NCBI GenBank assembly: GCA_963719505.1
Contig: CAVRCF010000001.1
Coordinates: 512,001 to 576,000 of the forward strand
Length of the DNA: 64,000 bases
Direction of reading: 5' to 3'
Source: Halobacteriovoraceae bacterium
Lineage (GTDB): Bacteria > Bdellovibrionota > Bacteriovoracia > Bacteriovoracales > Bacteriovoracaceae
Shown here: piece by piece, positions 59,491 through 64,000 of the stretch
Layout: the number at the start of each line of letters is the position of its first letter
Numbering within the stretch: position 1 is the first letter of the stretch
The notes under the pieces: generated by a model
Databases searched by the model: none
Told to the model about the DNA's origin: nothing
The model's input: the letters and a program-made list of their open reading frames with translations, nothing else
Program-made: the position numbers and the translations under genes

Positions 59491-59534
59491 TTATTATTTG
59501 AACGCTTTTTTAACAAATCCTTTTGCTATTTTAT

Positions 59535-59562
59535 TTTTCGGGATAAATCGCTGTAACCTTTA
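59535..59562 (-). promoter_or_regulatory. sigma28-type promoter of lon paralogue 2
   Basis: Minus strand TAAAG-N15-CCCGAAAA. Confidence 0.5.
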
Positions 59563-59645
59563 AGCTTTTTTAGTCTTTTTCTTTTTTTTATTTCCATCTA
59601 AGTGGTAATATAAGGACGAATTACTTGATATTTAAGGATAATTTA

Positions 59646-61022
59646 ATGACTGACAAAACTAGTATAGTAATCCTCGCCGCTGGCAAGGGAACTCGCTTGA
59701 AGATGGATATACCTAAGCCTTTAGCGCCTTTGGAAGAGAGAACATTGGTCGATTTCGTGCTCGATGCAGCCTCAGGGTTCGGTGAAGTTACTTTAATCAC
59801 TGGTTATAAAAGAGAGCAAGTCGAAAGCCACATGGAAAAGCATTGGGGAGACTTAAAATATAATATTGTTCATCAAAAAGAACAGCTTGGAACCGGTCAC
59901 GCTGTCAGAACTTACTTTGACAATTTTACTTCTGCTGATGACTTTAAATATACAATTGTGGCATGTGCTGACACACCCCTTTTGACTAAAGAGACTTTTG
60001 AGTCTTTAACTCAGGAAATAGAAAAAGGCTTCGACGCTGTTTGTGCTTCATTTATAGATAATAATCCCACCGGCTATGGCAGAATTGTTCGAGCAAAACA
60101 AGGATTTAAAATTGTAGAGGAGAAAGATGCTACTGAAGCAGAAAAGGCTGTAACTGAAGTTAATTCTGGTCTTTATATTTTTAATACCGCTTACCTTAAG
60201 AAAAATATTTATGGCCTTGATACTAATAATAACTCTGGTGAGTTTTACTTAACAGATACGTGTAAAGTTGATGCGAACGTTAAAGCCTTAACCTTTTATG
60301 ACAAAGACCTTTTCCTGGGTGTGAATGATCTTTATCAATTGTCAGTTGCAGGGATAAGATTGAGAAAAAGAAATATGATGACCATTCTCAAAGCAGGTGT
60401 TCAGGTCATGGATCCAAGCCATACCTTTATTAGTACGACTAACGTAGGTGTGGGCTCATTTATATACCCAAACGTTCATATTGATTCCAAATCAACTATT
60501 GGAAAAAACGTTGTGATTGAGCCTGGCTGCTTTATAAGGAACTCGATAATAGAAGACGGTGTACATTTAAAAGCCTATACCTATATTACGGACTCAATCG
60601 TGAGAAAAAATGCGAAAGTGGGACCAATGAGTCAACTTCGTCCCGGTGCAGATATAGGTGAGTCTGCAAAGCTTGGTAATTTTGTTGAAGTTAAGAAGTC
60701 CACCATTGCTAAAAACTCAAGTGTCAGCCATCTCAGCTATCTCGGTGATGCACAAATTGGCGAAAATGTTAATATTGGCTGCGGCTTTATAACCTGTAAC
60801 TTCGATGGCGCAAACAAACATATGACTATCATTGGGGACGGATCTTTTATAGGATCTGACTGTCAAATGGTTGCCCCTGTTACTATCGGAAAAGAAGCCT
60901 ATATTGGAAGTGGATCAACAATAAATAAAGACGTACCAGATGGGGCATTTGCTATCGCCAGGCAGAGGCAAGTGACAAAAGAAAATATGGCGAAAAAATT
61001 TATTAAAACTAAAAATAAATAA
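59646..61022 (+). CDS. glmU: bifunctional UDP-GlcNAc pyrophosphorylase/acetyltransferase
   Basis: ILAAGKGTR, EQLGTGHAV, GEFYLTD, hexapeptide repeats, GNFVEVK. Confidence 0.97.
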   Translation: MTDKTSIVILAAGKGTRLKMDIPKPLAPLEERTLVDFVLDAASGFGEVTLITGYKREQVESHMEKHWGDLKYNIVHQKEQLGTGHAVRTYFDNFTSADDFKYTIVACADTPLLTKETFESLTQEIEKGFDAVCASFIDNNPTGYGRIVRAKQGFKIVEEKDATEAEKAVTEVNSGLYIFNTAYLKKNIYGLDTNNNSGEFYLTDTCKVDANVKALTFYDKDLFLGVNDLYQLSVAGIRLRKRNMMTILKAGVQVMDPSHTFISTTNVGVGSFIYPNVHIDSKSTIGKNVVIEPGCFIRNSIIEDGVHLKAYTYITDSIVRKNAKVGPMSQLRPGADIGESAKLGNFVEVKKSTIAKNSSVSHLSYLGDAQIGENVNIGCGFITCNFDGANKHMTIIGDGSFIGSDCQMVAPVTIGKEAYIGSGSTINKDVPDGAFAIARQRQVTKENMAKKFIKTKNK

Positions 61023-61033
61023 AAGGAAAATCT

Positions 61034-62845
61034 ATGTGTGGAATAGTTGGATACAGTGGAACGAGTGATGCTACTAACCCTGTGATGGAAGGACTAGCTA
61101 GACTTGAGTACAGGGGCTATGACTCGGCTGGAATAAGCTATCGCTTTGATGACAAACTGCATATTCTTAAAAAAGAGGGAAAGCTAGAAAACCTTAAAAA
61201 GGTTATCGGCGACGTTAAGCCTGTTACCAACACGGCTATAGGTCATACCAGATGGGCAACTCACGGAAAAGTGAACGATGAAAATGCTCACCCACACGGT
61301 AATGACCAAATCTCGATTGTTCATAATGGAATCATTGAAAATGCCAATGTATTGCGCCAAAGACTAAAAGATGAAGGATTGGAATTCCAGTCTGAAACGG
61401 ACTCGGAAGTTTTTTTAAACCTTTTGACTTTTAATTTAAGAAGCGAAAAAAGCTTAAAAAGAGCAATCATTAAAACTTTTAAGGAGGTTGATGGAAACTC
61501 GGCTTTCGTTATTATGAATAGAGAAAACCATATCCTTTATTCAATCAAAAGGTCTGCTCCTCTGGTTTGTGGACTCAATCCGAAAAGCTCAGATGTCTAT
61601 GTTTCAAGTGATCCCTACGCACTAGTGGGCTTTGCTAGTAAGATCTACTTTCCTGAAGATGAAGTTCTCTGTGAGTCTGACTATACTAATATCGAGTCTC
61701 CAGTTAAGTTCTATGAGCTTGATGAGTCGGAATCAAAGAGATTTAAGATTCAAGAAAAACAAGTCAAGCTCGATGTTGTCAGTAAAGGTAAGTATGAGCA
61801 CTTCATGCTTAAAGAGATTCATGAGCAACCAGAGCTAATTAAAAGACTTATTAGTATTTATTTTTCTGATTCAGGTCAGACACAATTAAAGAGAATACAA
61901 GAAAAAAGCTTTCCATTTATTCATATCGCGGCTTGCGGTACCGCTTTACACGCAGGTCTTATTATAAAAAATTATTTAGAAAAGCATACGCAATCAAGAG
62001 TTCAATCGGATTACGCTAGTGAGTTTAGATATAAAAACCCAAGTCTTAGAAAAGATGAGCTTGGACTTTTTATTAGTCAGTCTGGAGAGACGGCAGATAC
62101 TCTTGCCTGCCAAGAACTTTGCTCAGAAAAAGGCTTAACAAATTACTCTATCGTTAATACAGAAGGCTCAACCCTCTATAGAAATTGCGATGAAAACCTT
62201 CTGATTTATGCCGGGATTGAGATTGGTGTTGCAAGTACGAAAGCGTTCACCCAACAAGTACTTGTTGGAAATCTAATGGCAAAAGCGATTGGAAAAAAAC
62301 TTGAAACAGAATCAATAAAAAAGGAATTTGAATTACTAGCAGAGCAAATATCTAATGTCCTTAGTCGAGAAGAAGAGATAAAAAATATCGCACTAGAGAT
62401 CTATCAGTATGATGGTTTTATTTTTACCGGACGTGGAATGCAGTATCCAATAGCTCTCGAAGGAGCCTTGAAGCTTAAAGAGATCGCTTATGTTCACGCA
62501 GAAGGCTATGCAGCAGGAGAGCTAAAGCATGGGCCCATTTCTCTAATTGATGAGAATATGGTGAATATTGCCATTGTCACACCTGATCTTTACGATAAAA
62601 CGCTTTCCAACGCCGAGGAAGTCAAAGCCAGAAGAGGTATAATGATGATCGTTGGTGAACAAGGAAATAGAGAGTTGGAAGATATGTCGGACTTCTTTTT
62701 TGGTGTAAATCTAGAGGGTCTTGAAGATACAGCTCCAGTTTTAACAAATGTGGTTCTTCAGATCTTGAGTTATCACATTGCAAAACTTAAAGGAACAGAT
62801 ATTGATAAGCCAAGAAACCTTGCAAAGTCTGTTACTGTAGAATAA
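61034..62845 (+). CDS. glmS: glutamine--fructose-6-phosphate aminotransferase
   Basis: MCGIVG, GHTRWATHG, SQSGETADT, PRNLAKSVTVE. Confidence 0.98.
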   Translation: MCGIVGYSGTSDATNPVMEGLARLEYRGYDSAGISYRFDDKLHILKKEGKLENLKKVIGDVKPVTNTAIGHTRWATHGKVNDENAHPHGNDQISIVHNGIIENANVLRQRLKDEGLEFQSETDSEVFLNLLTFNLRSEKSLKRAIIKTFKEVDGNSAFVIMNRENHILYSIKRSAPLVCGLNPKSSDVYVSSDPYALVGFASKIYFPEDEVLCESDYTNIESPVKFYELDESESKRFKIQEKQVKLDVVSKGKYEHFMLKEIHEQPELIKRLISIYFSDSGQTQLKRIQEKSFPFIHIAACGTALHAGLIIKNYLEKHTQSRVQSDYASEFRYKNPSLRKDELGLFISQSGETADTLACQELCSEKGLTNYSIVNTEGSTLYRNCDENLLIYAGIEIGVASTKAFTQQVLVGNLMAKAIGKKLETESIKKEFELLAEQISNVLSREEEIKNIALEIYQYDGFIFTGRGMQYPIALEGALKLKEIAYVHAEGYAAGELKHGPISLIDENMVNIAIVTPDLYDKTLSNAEEVKARRGIMMIVGEQGNRELEDMSDFFFGVNLEGLEDTAPVLTNVVLQILSYHIAKLKGTDIDKPRNLAKSVTVE

Positions 62846-64000
62846 TGCAATTAGAGCACTTAAATGAATCACAACAAAAAGCGGTCCTAAGTACGGAGGG
62901 GCCGTTGATGATCCTTGCAGGTGCTGGATCCGGAAAAACTCGAACACTTGTTACTAAAATTCAATATTTATTAGAGGAAAAAGGCGTTAGTCCCTATCAT
63001 CTTTTGGCCGTAACATTTTCAAATAAAGCGGCTAAAGAGATGAGAGAAAGAATTGCTGCGCAGTCAGAAGTAGACCTCGGAGCCCTGCAAATTACAACCT
63101 TTCACTCTTTTTGCGCTCGTCTTTTGAGGTCAGAAGCGACATATCTTGGGCTCAGTAGAAACTTTACTATTTACGACACCACAGAATCAAAATCGGTTAT
63201 AAAAAATATTTTGGGAAAAAGAGGAATAAGTCTTAAAGAGGTTAGTCCAGCTCAGGTACAATACTACATCGATGATGTAAAAAATAATGGTCACTATGTT
63301 GGTGCAAAAGAGGATGAGCTCCTCGACGAGATAGATAAAGACGACCCTTTCTATGACTATTTTTTAGACTACGAAGCTGAACTTCATCGAAATAATGCCG
63401 TAGATTTTGGTGGTTTAATTACTGGCGTTTTAAATCTCTTTGATAACTTCCCAGAAGTTCTTAAAAGGTATCAAAAAAGATTCCGTTATCTTCTGGTGGA
63501 TGAGTATCAAGATACCAATAGGTGCCAATTTAAACTAGTTACCATGCTGGCAGAAATGAATAAAAATATTTGTGTCGTGGGAGATGAGGATCAGTCTATT
63601 TATTCCTGGAGGGGAGCGGATATAAGAAATATCCTTGATTTTGAAAATGTCTATCCAAAAGCTAGTCTTATCAAGTTAGAGCAAAACTATAGATCCTCAA
63701 AAAATATAATTGATGCCGCAACGAGTGTCATATCTAAAAATCTTCAGAGGAAGGGAAAAGATATGTGGACTGACAATGACGTCGGCGACTCGATTAGTAT
63801 TATAGAATGTAAAGACGATAGAGTTGAAGCAGAGTTCGTCGCCCAAAATATTCAAAAGCTCATTAAAGAGGAAGGTATTAGCGGTGATGAAATTGCCGTG
63901 TTTTATCGTACCAATGCCCAATCTCGGATATTGGAAGATGCCCTGCGAACAAATAAAATTGCATATAGAGTGGTTGCTGGAATAAAATTCTATGAAAGAA
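62845..64000 (+). CDS. UvrD/PcrA superfamily 1 helicase, 3'-truncated by the window edge
   Basis: Manual translation MQLEHLNESQQKAV...LAGAGSGKT, VDEYQDTN, GDEDQSIYSWRGA, LEQNYRS; TAATG overlap with glmS. Confidence 0.95.
   Translation, partial: MQLEHLNESQQKAVLSTEGPLMILAGAGSGKTRTLVTKIQYLLEEKGVSPYHLLAVTFSNKAAKEMRERIAAQSEVDLGALQITTFHSFCARLLRSEATYLGLSRNFTIYDTTESKSVIKNILGKRGISLKEVSPAQVQYYIDDVKNNGHYVGAKEDELLDEIDKDDPFYDYFLDYEAELHRNNAVDFGGLITGVLNLFDNFPEVLKRYQKRFRYLLVDEYQDTNRCQFKLVTMLAEMNKNICVVGDEDQSIYSWRGADIRNILDFENVYPKASLIKLEQNYRSSKNIIDAATSVISKNLQRKGKDMWTDNDVGDSISIIECKDDRVEAEFVAQNIQKLIKEEGISGDEIAVFYRTNAQSRILEDALRTNKIAYRVVAGIKFYER

Noticed and set aside
61020-61034. glmS ribozyme
   Set aside because: Only 11 nt separate glmU and glmS, so there is no room.
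1-64000. tRNA, rRNA, transposase, integrase or prophage genes
   Set aside because: None recognised; the intergenic gaps are short or explained by other features.

Overview
AT-rich bacterial chromosomal window. Gene content and order suggest a predatory Bdellovibrionota, probably Bacteriovoracaceae/Halobacteriovorax-like (inference). The backbone is housekeeping: BamA/TamA fragment, rplM-rpsI, a divergent UvrA-like ATPase, two lon paralogues, rpoZ, alaS, pgpA-recA-recX-ung, greA-recG, a UbiB-family kinase, two flagellins and glmU-glmS-pcrA/uvrD. There are three accessory blocks. (i) A glycosylation-type island at 17.8-24.1 kb: GT2, HprK-related kinase, GT-C/TPR protein and a nucleotidyltransferase-glycosyltransferase fusion. 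(ii) A Flp/Tad pilus operon followed by an RHS/YD-repeat gene and a small secreted protein at 39.9-49.7 kb, the same order as the Bdellovibrio 'hit' locus. (iii) A run of secreted proteins at 49.7-55.4 kb, including c-type cytochromes and a tandemly duplicated sigma54-driven micro-protein; several share a C-terminal tail motif. Features absent from the ORF track: a 6S RNA on the minus strand (about 39489-39670), the second micro-protein copy (55246-55425), six sigma28-type promoters, two sigma54 promoters with IHF-like sites, and a recurring TGTAAC-N3/4-GTTACA palindrome in the Tad locus. recA, lon2 and the RHS gene are frameshifted, most likely by assembly indels. All calls are by eye; no database searches were run.
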